Assembly (NCBI GenBank): GCA_008369845.1
Contig: MRSU01010826.1
Span: 1 to 51,217 of the forward strand
Length of the DNA: 51,217 bases
Direction: 5' to 3'
Source of the DNA: Trichomonas gallinae
Lineage: Eukaryota
The translations under genes were made by a program, and so were the position numbers. Shown here piece after piece: positions 30,840 through 41,018 of the stretch (positions are counted from its first letter, which is position 1; each line of letters starts with the position of its first letter). The notes under the pieces were generated by a model, which saw nothing but the letters and a program-made list of their open reading frames with translations, searched no databases and was not told the origin of the DNA.

Positions 30840-31325
30840 AAATATTTTTCCATTTTTATTATTTTCGAGTTTTTACAACCATCTGACAATTGTTCGCTAA
30901 TATAATGCTTTAATCCTTCGTGCATATGTATCATGGCATGCTGTAGTATCATTCGTTCAAGCATATCTTTATTATTTTAGAAAATAGATATGCAAACGAA
31001 CTGTTTCGTGTTTCCAGACCTTTATTGATCTTAGAACTCACATATATGCTTCAGGGTAACTATAATACGATGGAACTTCAGCTAAATCCGCAAATCTGCT
31101 CGACCACATTTTATTTAGTGGCTGAACGAGCGAAATAATCGACGGAAACATGATATCACAACCAAAGAAAGCCCTTCAATGCAATAAGAAAAGCATGACG
31201 TAACCCCTCACAAAAAACGTAGATTTCTCCTTCACAAAAAATAACCGTTCAAATTGAACTAAAATTTCGGTTAGACCATTCAAACCATTTCCAAATTTTT
31301 TCTTTAAAAGAAATCATATTTCAAA

Positions 31326-31652
31326 ATGCATTCCGGTCGTCCACACTATCACGTTAAGGCTAAGTTCGTCCACTTCACTGATATCAAGACAGGCAGGGGC
31401 GAGTTTTTCGAGCTTGATGACAAGGGTGCCTTAATCAAGAAGGGTAATGGAAAGATTGAGCCAGTTCGTACAATCCAGTACCAGATCAACACTGGTGCTC
31501 CACCACCACCAAAGGTGTTAATCGAGAACAAGAAGCAGGAGGAACCTTCCGAGATCACATTCGTTCCTGTTTGCTTCGATGAGTTTGATTCATTTGAGGC
31601 GGAAGATCTCCATTTTATTGACTCAACACCTCTAGATTTTGTTGTTTTTTAA
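31326..31652 (+). CDS. Small hypothetical protein (108 aa; basic N-half, acidic/aromatic C-tail)
   Basis: Strong C/G-ending codon bias; Inr TCATATT about 10 nt upstream of the ATG; ACCGTT at about 31244. Confidence 0.85.
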   Translation: MHSGRPHYHVKAKFVHFTDIKTGRGEFFELDDKGALIKKGNGKIEPVRTIQYQINTGAPPPPKVLIENKKQEEPSEITFVPVCFDEFDSFEAEDLHFIDSTPLDFVVF

Positions 31653-31945
31653 CTAAAGTTTATTATGTTTATGAAAAATGAGTTCGATCTAGATTATTTG
31701 CAATGAATCAATGAACTTAACTCGTGCCAAGTTGCTTTATGGACTTAGTTATGGCTGATATTATAATCAAAATGATTTTTCAAATCAAATTTTCGCAATT
31801 TCATTCGAATTTATATGATTATAATTGCATTACTCACTCGAAATATGTGTTCTCTATCTATTATGTTTCTATTCTGTTGATAAATTTTTCAATTAAAATT
31901 CCATAATAAAAAACAGTTTATTTTTGTAATATACAATAACAACAA

Positions 31946-33061
31946 TTATAATTTCAAACAGAAATAATGCAGTCCACACCACATATAAGCGACGTATTCA
32001 CTAGGAACTTGAGTGAGAAGCATTGACATATCAAAGTCGTCATCCTTCATGAATATATCCCAAGCGCAGCATACACTCTCATATGCATCATCCCAAAATC
32101 TGAAATGATTGACAATAAAATTAAAGTATATATCTCGCTCGCTATAATCGGCATAGTACATTGTTTGTTTTCCTGCTCGTAGCATTTCGTTGAATTTATT
32201 TTGTTTGATGAGTTGAATTTGCTCTTGTTTTGTTAATCTTCTCCAAGTTGTGACTTTATTGATATTTGGAGATATTGATGACTTCCTTTGATCATTTCCG
32301 ACAAAATCTGAAAGACTTCTAACAGATCCGCTCGATCTTCTTCTTTTTCCACTTGCTGACTTTTGAGGTGACGCTGAAGGAGGCGATTCTTTTGCCACAA
32401 CTGATCTGGATTGAGTAGGTGTCGAAACATCTCTTGGAGGCGATTCTGGCTGTTTGAATAAATCAAAGTCAAATTCGAAATCGAATTTATGTCCTTTAAA
32501 GATGAGTATGATTTCTTTTAGCTTCATTCTCGGTTTTCTCTGGTCCTTTCCCCATAAAGAATATGATGGAGGTTCAGACATTAGTTTTGTTGCGATTTCT
32601 AGCGATGTTTCTATTTGCTTGGCTGATATTAACACATTATGAAGACAGCAGAATGCGCCAATTGCAAGAAGAAGTAATAATGTATCTTGTGGGCAATCTA
32701 CAGCGGCAAAGTATAAATAAACAAGCTCTTCATAATTGTGTCCGTACTTTAAGAATACCTTGCTGAATTTTATGATGTTATTGACAACATGTGAGAATTT
32801 TTCACGCCCAGTAGATAATTTATAAAGCGCTTCAGCCAAAGATTGCAGATGCATTCTTATCTCAGTCTCTGGCATAAGCATATCATTAAATATCTCTTCC
32901 TGAATCGACTCATTTGAAACAGGCTCATATGTTTGTGGCGGCGAACCCGTTTTATACGGCGTAATCATCGGCAATCGTCCATTCGGCGTTCTCAATAGGG
33001 CAGGAGACTTTGGGATAACACTGGCGGCTTTCAAAGGAGTCCTGGACGGAGTTAACATCAT
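31946..33061 (-). CDS. Hypothetical protein with many S/T-P sites and a helical core
   Basis: ORF from ATG 33061 (MMLTPSRTP...); numerous TP/SP motifs and a KRRR stretch. Confidence 0.8.
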   Translation of the reverse strand: MMLTPSRTPLKAASVIPKSPALLRTPNGRLPMITPYKTGSPPQTYEPVSNESIQEEIFNDMLMPETEIRMHLQSLAEALYKLSTGREKFSHVVNNIIKFSKVFLKYGHNYEELVYLYFAAVDCPQDTLLLLLAIGAFCCLHNVLISAKQIETSLEIATKLMSEPPSYSLWGKDQRKPRMKLKEIILIFKGHKFDFEFDFDLFKQPESPPRDVSTPTQSRSVVAKESPPSASPQKSASGKRRRSSGSVRSLSDFVGNDQRKSSISPNINKVTTWRRLTKQEQIQLIKQNKFNEMLRAGKQTMYYADYSERDIYFNFIVNHFRFWDDAYESVCCAWDIFMKDDDFDMSMLLTQVPSEYVAYMWCGLHYFCLKL

Positions 33062-33478
33062 GAAAAATCTATATAAAATTTGCATCGAAAAATTTTTTGA
33101 CAAAACGACAAAAACTAGCTAATGGTCTTTTTTAGATAAAGTTTTCATTGCTCAATTTAAACGTCTGAAATTTGATTTGTCACTTTTACTTCATTTGTTA
33201 ATTTTTACGATGTCACTTTTACTTCCCTTTCCTTATCAGGTCAATTTTTTTCAAACGCCAAAAATCATAAAACATATATAGACCCATTATTATTATAATA
33301 ATGCTATACGCCAAATCTCAGCCAAAAACAATTTTTATATTAAAAAGATCTACATCTTTTGGACCTTTAATGTATTGTAAAATATTGGTTTACTTGACCG
33401 CAATTGAAAATGATAAAGCAAAATGGCTTAATTCAATATTATATTGAATTTTGAATATATTTTTTTAAATTTTTAAAT

Positions 33479-34171
33479 TTAAGCGGTAGTTTGTGGGTCA
33501 GAAAGATGCTCCATGACATGTCCTGATGTAGCATCTTGGTCTTCATTTTTCTCGCAAAATAGAGCACATGAAAAAACAATCAAGACAAAGCTTAGTACAG
33601 AGACTGCAACACAAAATCCGATATGCCAGTCTTTGATAGATTTGTAATTGTGGAATATTTGTGGTTTGCAGATAGGCACTTTATTTTCGCGCCATGCTTG
33701 CTTATAACTAGTATCATTGTAAGTGGCGCAGCGTAGTCTATCCTTGGCTGTTAGGTTGTCATATCCGCAGCATATGTATGTTTTTTCAAAAGATTTGACA
33801 TCCATTGATTCACTGCTTATTGGGTCTTCATTAACTTTGGTCCAGTATTTATTGGCCTTCAAGAGTACATCTGTACAACTGAAAACAATCAAACCGACGG
33901 CAAATGAACATACTGCTATTGAGAAGAATACGAGAGTCCAAATGTAGCAGTTTTTCTTGATGCAGCAAATAAGAAATGTTGTAATGAATAGTATTCCGAC
34001 AAGAACAACATCAGTAATTGACAACGCCATGATGCCTGTCCAATTATAAAAGTCTTCGTACGGAATGCCTGTGGTGACTTCCCTACGGAGAGGTAAGATG
34101 CAACCCACCACGCAAAAAGCTGTCAGTATAAAAGATATAACGAAAATTGCAATTCTTATTTTGCACTTCAT
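33479..34171 (-). CDS. Tetraspanin
   Basis: Three N-terminal TMs, a large extracellular loop with CCG plus two more Cys, a fourth TM and juxtamembrane cysteines. Confidence 0.9.
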   Translation of the reverse strand: MKCKIRIAIFVISFILTAFCVVGCILPLRREVTTGIPYEDFYNWTGIMALSITDVVLVGILFITTFLICCIKKNCYIWTLVFFSIAVCSFAVGLIVFSCTDVLLKANKYWTKVNEDPISSESMDVKSFEKTYICCGYDNLTAKDRLRCATYNDTSYKQAWRENKVPICKPQIFHNYKSIKDWHIGFCVAVSVLSFVLIVFSCALFCEKNEDQDATSGHVMEHLSDPQTTA

Positions 34172-34651
34172 TTTGTAAAAATGTCAATCACACCGGGATT
34201 TATATATGTCTGGATTAGTTAATTCAAACAAAAGAAAAGAAACTTATCCGATATCGGCATAATTGCTTTGAATATATTCTAACCTTATTGTTTCATATTT
34301 TAACCTTATTATTTGTTACGTTCTAAAATGATTATTTGTCACTTTTCAGTTAAATAAAAGGAGATATTCCACTTTTTATACAATTATAGCATTGTAAAGT
34401 GTTCAAAAATGAAAAGTGCGGGTAGAATACTATCATGTTTACTAGGTTAGTTCAGTTCTAATCACCTACGCTGATAGGCGTCGAACTTTAAAGTTAAGTG
34501 GTGATATTTTGACATTTGTCAGATACACGGTAATTTGACATGTAAATACTGTGCTTTGTCGTGTAAAGTGAAATTCAATAAATAACATTGTCACTTTTAG
34601 AGATAATATGTCACTTTTATATTAATTTCTTTGTCACTTTTATTTAAAAAA

Positions 34652-35218
34652 ATGAGTAGCTCTCTTACATCGATGATTTCTCAAGCAGAATTGCTTGCAT
34701 CGAAAATGGAGCAAGTTATCCAAGAAATGGAATCTAAAATGCAAAATAACTCAATTTCAGGCAGCGATCTCACTTCAATAAATGAATCTAATCTTCGCGC
34801 TTTAGAAAAATCAATCATGGAGATGTCAAAGGCATGCATATCGAAGACAGACAATATTTCTCAAACTCTTTCGAATTTGGAGAGTGATATCAGAGCAGTC
34901 GACGGTCTGATGCTCGGAGCTAAAGGAAAAGTAGGTGCTTCTATTCTCAAGGACTACGTAAAACGCCAGAAAATACCAGATGCGATTCTTAATGCGGAAA
35001 ATTCCGATGATGAGCACGAGCCAAACATTTGCTATGAACCACACGTAGAAAGCCCAGAAGTTGGCGAGAACATTAATTTTGATGTTTATAAGAACTTTGG
35101 AATTCCTTTCGATGATCCAAAACCAGAAGAATACTTTGATGTTCCTTTAATCAGGAAGGATGCTTCTCCATATTACGAATTGCACTGGGATTATTTCCAG
35201 AAACCGAAGACAAAATAA
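34652..35218 (+). CDS. Probable divergent Abi (Abl-interactor, WAVE regulatory complex subunit) lacking SH3
   Basis: Colinear similarity with the Abi N-terminal helix (see findings) and INFDVYKNFGIP resembling IDYTVLDDVGHG. ATG 34652 follows Inr TCACTTT at 34634. Confidence 0.6.
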   Translation: MSSSLTSMISQAELLASKMEQVIQEMESKMQNNSISGSDLTSINESNLRALEKSIMEMSKACISKTDNISQTLSNLESDIRAVDGLMLGAKGKVGASILKDYVKRQKIPDAILNAENSDDEHEPNICYEPHVESPEVGENINFDVYKNFGIPFDDPKPEEYFDVPLIRKDASPYYELHWDYFQKPKTK

Positions 35219-35596
35219 GCCAATATAAATTTTTTTATTTGGCTGCGTTTGTATTTGTAAATTATATATTTATTCATTATGCTCTTAATTTATTTTAACA
35301 AATCATAATATCAAAGGAAAAATATTTCATCAATGTGAAAAATACGAAATTGTTCAATATTTCTATTATTATATTATTATTTTTACAGTCAATATATGAA
35401 TTCACTGTATTATTAGTGCAATAAGCAATGTATTTTGAAAAATATTTTTGATGCAATTCAAAAACATGAAATTGTTCTATTGTACAACTAAAACATAAGT
35501 TTATTTATTACAAATATATGAATTAACTGTGTAAAATATCCGATATCAATAAACAAAAAATAAATTTGAAAATATTCATTATTAAACAAATATTTT

Positions 35597-37030
35597 CTAC
35601 TCTTTCTTTGGTCTGGTTTTGAATGTTGCTGATTCTGATTTCATCATCTTAGGACTGTCCAAATTAAACATCTTAGATGCTGAAACTGATCTTTGATGTT
35701 TAGGAGTCAGTGTTGGACCTTCGCGGAACGGCATCTTAGCTATGATTTTCTCTCCCATTTCCCTGGAAAGGACAACAACTTCGTGCTGTGAATGCGTAGA
35801 CATAAAAATCGAATAAACTTCGATAAAATCGATATTTGCGCGTGGTCCGAATATGATATTAATGATTTGCTTGTAGAATACATTTTTCTCAAACATTTCG
35901 AAGGCATCGAAGCCATTTGGAACAATTGTACCGCTTGATTTTCTAAATAAAATATTATAACAAAAATCAAAATATGAATCATTCCACAGCAATGTTGTAA
36001 TACCTCTTGGAATCGCTTCAAATGATCTTTTGAACAAATTTTTGAATAAATTATCAACAATATTATGAGTTCTTTCATTTTTCGCTTGATTTACTTCAAA
36101 TGTCTCTCCTGTCGATCTATTTACAACCATGAAGCCAACAACATCAGGCGGCAAAGGAAAAGCAAAAGGAGTGATTTTAACGATCATATCACTAACTGCT
36201 GCTGAAACAAGGCCGAGAATATTCATCGCAAAATCTCTCTTTTCGTATTCTGTTGGATTTAAAGTGATAAACAATGATGAAAATGAAGAATTCAGGCCTA
36301 ATCTAACTGCAGCGATTGAGCATCTCTGTAATTTTCCATTTACTTTAAGGAAACCTGCTCTATAGTGGACAGGAGAAGGTTCTGAGTTAGTAACATAGTT
36401 AACTTCGATAAGATTTCTATCTGGATTTCCTTTTTCTGGAAATTCAACCTGATGGAATATTGAAAGCATCAGCATATCGAAGCAATCTAATGTACTGTTA
36501 ATATCTTTCGAAAATCTTCCGATAATTTCATTTTCATTAAAAATTATGCACTCAACAAATTCCAAAGCAGCTGGAATTCCGCTGGGTGGTAGTTTTCTTA
36601 CGAGAAATTGGCAATTCTTGAAGTAACCATGAGAGTGAGGAATAATTCCTGCTAAATATCTTGGATTCGAGTTAATAAGATCTAAAAATGCTGACACATA
36701 ATTTGTATATACCGTTTGGTAGCTAAGACTTATGTTGTCAAGCATGTAATTTTGGAAATCTTGTCCAAATAAAAATATTGCGATGTTTTTAAGACTGTTT
36801 GCTATGTACTGCATTAATCTTTTCGATAAATTAGTTGCTTGTACGATGAAATAAATTTGATTATACTGCGAAATAGTGAAATTTATATCTCCAACTTGAA
36901 AAAATTCGATGTTTTTGTCGAAATTCGTGCGCTTTATGAATGACACGGTGTTTTTGATGGTCTGCATTTCGTCATTATCTGATATTGGATAAAAAGTAGA
37001 AATATCTGACCCAACGAAAAAATTCAACAT
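35597..37030 (-). CDS. HPS1: HPS1-like tri-longin protein (BLOC-3/Mon1 family)
   Basis: VVGFMVVNRSTGE, RGITTLLWNDSYFDFCYNILF, FYKQII and IEVYSIFMS parallel HPS1 [40 protein letters not shown] and YELLALHLS (recalled). ATG 37030, Inr TCATTTT just upstream. Confidence 0.65.
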   Translation of the reverse strand: MLNFFVGSDISTFYPISDNDEMQTIKNTVSFIKRTNFDKNIEFFQVGDINFTISQYNQIYFIVQATNLSKRLMQYIANSLKNIAIFLFGQDFQNYMLDNISLSYQTVYTNYVSAFLDLINSNPRYLAGIIPHSHGYFKNCQFLVRKLPPSGIPAALEFVECIIFNENEIIGRFSKDINSTLDCFDMLMLSIFHQVEFPEKGNPDRNLIEVNYVTNSEPSPVHYRAGFLKVNGKLQRCSIAAVRLGLNSSFSSLFITLNPTEYEKRDFAMNILGLVSAAVSDMIVKITPFAFPLPPDVVGFMVVNRSTGETFEVNQAKNERTHNIVDNLFKNLFKRSFEAIPRGITTLLWNDSYFDFCYNILFRKSSGTIVPNGFDAFEMFEKNVFYKQIINIIFGPRANIDFIEVYSIFMSTHSQHEVVVLSREMGEKIIAKMPFREGPTLTPKHQRSVSASKMFNLDSPKMMKSESATFKTRPKKE

Positions 37031-37096
37031 TAAAAAAAAAATGATTTCAAAACACATTTATTTATTACACATTATAAATAAAAAAAACAAACAAAG

Positions 37097-38212
37097 TCAA
37101 TCGTTATAGATCAAATCTGGATTTGATAATTGATATAAAGGAGAGCTTCTTATTCTGCCTGGTGTTGGTCCGAAACCGCGTGCCAGATAGTCCGGAGGCA
37201 CTAATGGTTCGCCAGGCATGATCTGTTTACAACTTATATCTTTCATATCGATAATAAGCGGTAGATCGTTCTTGTAAGGTGGTGGAGGGTTTTGCACTCT
37301 ATCATTAGCACTTGCAATCAATGGATGCTGTGTTAATTCTTTCATAGAAATGCGCTGAATTGGATCTTTGTTTAACATGAGTTTTATGAGATCAGATATC
37401 TCTGGTGAAGTACCTTCAGGAATAACAAGTGGTGTTGTCTTGATTAAATGGACAATTTCGTATAAGTTTTCGCCAACCCATGGAATTTTGCTGAAAAGTA
37501 ACTGATAGAAAGTAACTCCGAGTGCCCAAACATCTTCTTTGATGGGGCCTTCGCTGTAGACTTCAGCTTCACTTTCAGAATCAAAATCTTCGTCCTCATA
37601 ATCATCCAAAACTTCTGGAGCCTGATAAGCTGGCGAGCCAACAACCATAGCTGCGCTTTGGAATCTGTGACCTATTCCGAAGTCAGAAAGTAAGATTCTT
37701 CCATCAGAGCACAATAAAATATTTGATGGTTTAATATCCTGATGCACGATACCCATACTATGCATGTATGTCAATGCCCCAGCCACTTGCTTGATGATTG
37801 ACAAAATATCTTCGAATTTGTATGGGCTCGGGGAACCATCCATTTTATCTTCTAAGCATCCGCAGTCTGCGTATTCCATAATCATGTACACGTATGGTTT
37901 TTCGAGAGATTGGTAAACAGAGTATAGTTTAAGAATGTTATTGTGATTAAATGTTTGCAGCATTCGGATCTCTCTTTCGAGTTGGCCGACTCCATTCACC
38001 ATGTGATTTAGGTCTTTGTAGCTTGCACGCTTTACCGCATAGAATTTCTGTGTTTCTCTCTCGTAACCGAGATATACTCTACCGAAGCTTCCATGACCGA
38101 TTGTTTTGAGTATTTCGATATTTCCCACTTTCTTAATTGTCTTGATATCGATGTTTGATGAGCTGTTGAAGTGCGTAATCTTCATAGAACCTACGCGCTT
38201 AGCAGCATTCAT
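37097..38212 (-). CDS. Ser/Thr protein kinase, CAMK/LKB1-like, non-RD
   Basis: GHGSFG, YAVK, HQDIKPSN, DFG, GSPAYQAPE, acidic insert, DVWALG. Confidence 0.95.
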   Translation of the reverse strand: MNAAKRVGSMKITHFNSSSNIDIKTIKKVGNIEILKTIGHGSFGRVYLGYERETQKFYAVKRASYKDLNHMVNGVGQLEREIRMLQTFNHNNILKLYSVYQSLEKPYVYMIMEYADCGCLEDKMDGSPSPYKFEDILSIIKQVAGALTYMHSMGIVHQDIKPSNILLCSDGRILLSDFGIGHRFQSAAMVVGSPAYQAPEVLDDYEDEDFDSESEAEVYSEGPIKEDVWALGVTFYQLLFSKIPWVGENLYEIVHLIKTTPLVIPEGTSPEISDLIKLMLNKDPIQRISMKELTQHPLIASANDRVQNPPPPYKNDLPLIIDMKDISCKQIMPGEPLVPPDYLARGFGPTPGRIRSSPLYQLSNPDLIYND

Positions 38213-38272
38213 TTTTTTTTTGTATTAGGGCGCGGTCTGACAAAATTTTTGAATTTTGTAAAAAATTGATCT

Positions 38273-38535
38273 TATTTATTATCTCTATCTTTCAGTATAT
38301 CCATTTTTGCAATAAAAATCGAAATTGAAACAAAATTGTCTTGAAAAACATATTTTATTCATTTTTACAATCTTTATGTTTAGATACTGCTATTTTTTAA
38401 ATAAAAATTGAAATTAAAAAAATTGTCTTTTTATCTATTTTTTGTGCATTTTATTATCTATATATTTAGATGTATCTATTTTTGTAGTAAAAAACGATAT
38501 TGAAATAAAATTGTCTTGAAAAGAATTTTTTCGTA
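38273..38535. repeat. Three diverged tandem repeats of 87-88 bp upstream of the kinase
   Basis: The shared block ...ATTTTT...TAAAAA..GA.ATT.AAA.AAAATTGTCTT has its TTGTC ending at 38340, 38427 and 38515. Confidence 0.8.
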
Positions 38536-38574
38536 TGTTCATTTGTGTGAAAATAATTTATGTGATTTTTTGAG

Positions 38575-38626
38575 AAAATTGTATCGATTTTTGTCACGTT
38601 TTTCGACATAAAATTGATACAATTTT
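38575..38626. repeat. Imperfect 21-bp inverted repeat with 9-nt loop
   Basis: AAAATTGTATCGATTTTTGTC (38575-95) / GACATAAAATTGATACAATTTT (38605-26); one bulge and one transition. Confidence 0.75.
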
Positions 38627-39320
38627 TCGATTAAATCTCAAGGGCATCATATACCTGCACGTTCTATAATATTACTTCTCATATCTACTATGATCGTTTT
38701 ATAATCTCGCTTTGATGTAAATAGGAAATTAATATTAATCATATATTTTATCTGATTATTAATCTCATATTTGGTATTTAGAATAGCATAAGTGACCTAA
38801 ATTTAATGTTTGAAGAGCAAGGTTATTGAATGATCGTAATTTGGCACATTATTTTGTTGACCAAAAAAAATCTCAGCAACTATCCATTATCACATTAGAT
38901 TCCCATATTATATCCAATACATATTTATATTTGAATATGCTTGAAGTCATTCTTTGAGTTTATCCAAACGAATATCAATTTTAGTGATTATTGCATAAAT
39001 TCTAAAGTATAACCTGTTGATGATAATATATAGAATATGCATAATCAAATCTAATTATCAGGATAATGCAATTCCTATAATAACCGAATCAATTTTGAAA
39101 ATTTATGCCAATTCTATATTATAATGAACTAATCATATGAAATAGTGAAGATAATAAAGTTATTAGATATGTTAATGTGCCTGGTGCTGTAACTTGATAT
39201 TACAAATGAAATATGAAGAAAACATTTATAATTTACATGACAGAAATTGACATGTAAAATTCAAGAAAAATAAAATATACCCCCTGTTTATTTTTTGCAA
39301 ACCCAAAAAATGTGCAAAAA

Positions 39321-40391
39321 ATGAAAAAAAGTAATCCTCAGCATAAAGCAATCGAAAAAAGTCTATCAAAGTCTTTCTCGATTCACTCTGTGAGTGATGT
39401 TGAGCTCTCCGACTATAAACCACCGCAAACATTCACGATTAACAAACCCAAATCGTTCAGACACACAGATGGTTCTATGCATCTCGAGTGGAAACATCGT
39501 CCATCGAAAGCCCTCGTCGTAGAAAAGATAAATTCGCCAGAGTCAAGACAATATTTAATCGAAGTTGTTCAATATTTGCATTTCGAGAAGAAAATTGTTC
39601 CTTACATTGAGCCATACGTCGCCAAAGAGTTGACAGGGTTCAAGTTTACCGAGACATTTGAAGATGTCAACAATACACCAATAGATTTCGTTCTAGTTTT
39701 TGGAGGAGACGGAACTTTACTACACGTTGCCTCTCTGTTCCCAGAATACGCGCCACCAATTGTACCATTCGCAATTGACCAGCAGGGCTTCCTTACTCCA
39801 TTCTGCGCTGTTGATTATAAAAATTGTTTGGAATTGCTTCTTAGAGGCTCGTTCTATGTCACACTGAGAACTCGTCTCTACTGTGATATCATCAGGAACG
39901 GCAAAAAGGAAGAAGTCTATCAGGCACTTAATGATATTGTTATTGCACCATCAGAAACAGGAAAAGTCTGCGCATTGAACTGCTACATCGATGATGAATT
40001 GTTCTCAACGTTGTATGGCGATGGACTCATTATTTCGACGTCTACTGGATCTACAGCTTATAATCTGAGCGCTGGCGGTGCTGTCGTTAATCCTTCAATT
40101 GCTGCTATCCTTTGGACACCAATTTGCTCACATGCACTGAGCGCGCATCCAATTATATTGCCGGACTGCGTTTATATTGATATTTGTATAGATCCGGCTT
40201 CAAGAACAGAAAAACCATATAATGTTGCAGTAGACTCAAAGCGAGCACAAATATTAAAGGGCGATTTCATTGGAATCCATCAGAGTCCTTTCCCAATTCC
40301 AACTGTTTGTGCATCTGAGCCTATGAACTATTGGCTGCAGTCTCTTACTAATATTCTCGAATATAATGAGCCAATGGATGTAGAAGAATGA
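39321..40391 (+). CDS. NADK: NAD+ kinase
   Basis: GGDGTLL, GFLTPF, LND, GDGLIISTSTGSTAYNLSAGG, TPICSH. ATG 39321. Confidence 0.96.
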   Translation: MKKSNPQHKAIEKSLSKSFSIHSVSDVELSDYKPPQTFTINKPKSFRHTDGSMHLEWKHRPSKALVVEKINSPESRQYLIEVVQYLHFEKKIVPYIEPYVAKELTGFKFTETFEDVNNTPIDFVLVFGGDGTLLHVASLFPEYAPPIVPFAIDQQGFLTPFCAVDYKNCLELLLRGSFYVTLRTRLYCDIIRNGKKEEVYQALNDIVIAPSETGKVCALNCYIDDELFSTLYGDGLIISTSTGSTAYNLSAGGAVVNPSIAAILWTPICSHALSAHPIILPDCVYIDICIDPASRTEKPYNVAVDSKRAQILKGDFIGIHQSPFPIPTVCASEPMNYWLQSLTNILEYNEPMDVEE

Positions 40392-40709
40392 ACATGTATT
40401 GTATTTTTTTATCTGTATATATTTGTATAATTTTATTACTTTTATAAATAGATTAATTTAGTATATAATCATAATCAATAAACCTTTTTCTATCTATTGT
40501 TTATAATGAAAGTTAATAAAATCAAATTATATAAATCGCGATGATTAATAAATGATAATTTTGATTTGTTAAGCTGTTTGTTTTGTTTAAAAATGTCTAT
40601 TATGAATATATACATTGATCAAAGTAACTGAAAAGGCTTTTTACATATATAAAATACAAACATTGTTTTATTAACTTGAATACAAACACGTAAATGTTGA
40701 GTGTGCCAC

Positions 40710-41018
40710 TTAAGCTATATAGCAGCACTTAGATTTGGAAATCTCGTTTTTATCTCCTTCTTTCGAAATTTCGTTTTCTTGGGGCGGAGGTTCATTTGTC
40801 GGCATTTTGATTTGTCCACTAACAATTGGCACGAATCCTTTGTCGGATTCCGTATCACTCATTGGTTCAATCGTATCTGCTGGATTTTGCTTTGGTTTTT
40901 GTTCGTTTTCATCATTATTTGCTTCCAATTCCAGATCGTTTTGTGGTTCAGGAACACTTTCTTCTTCAACAGGTTCAACTGGTTCATCTTCAATCTTCAA
41001 TCTTTCTTCAGTCGACAT
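40710..41018 (-). CDS. Small acidic disordered protein ending in a SKCCYIA CaaX motif
   Basis: E/P/N-rich 102-aa ORF; C-terminal K-S-K-C-C-Y-I-A suggests prenylation plus adjacent palmitoylation. Confidence 0.85.
   Translation of the reverse strand: MSTEERLKIEDEPVEPVEEESVPEPQNDLELEANNDENEQKPKQNPADTIEPMSDTESDKGFVPIVSGQIKMPTNEPPPQENEISKEGDKNEISKSKCCYIA

Noticed and set aside
31070..31130. GGAACTTCAGC...GCTGAAC resembling RNase P CR-I/CR-V; nearby TATGCTTCAGGG resembling the U3 5' end
   Set aside because: The two strands are only about 35 nt apart, too short for RNase P. The U3 box A (GAUCA) and boxes B/C are not convincingly present.
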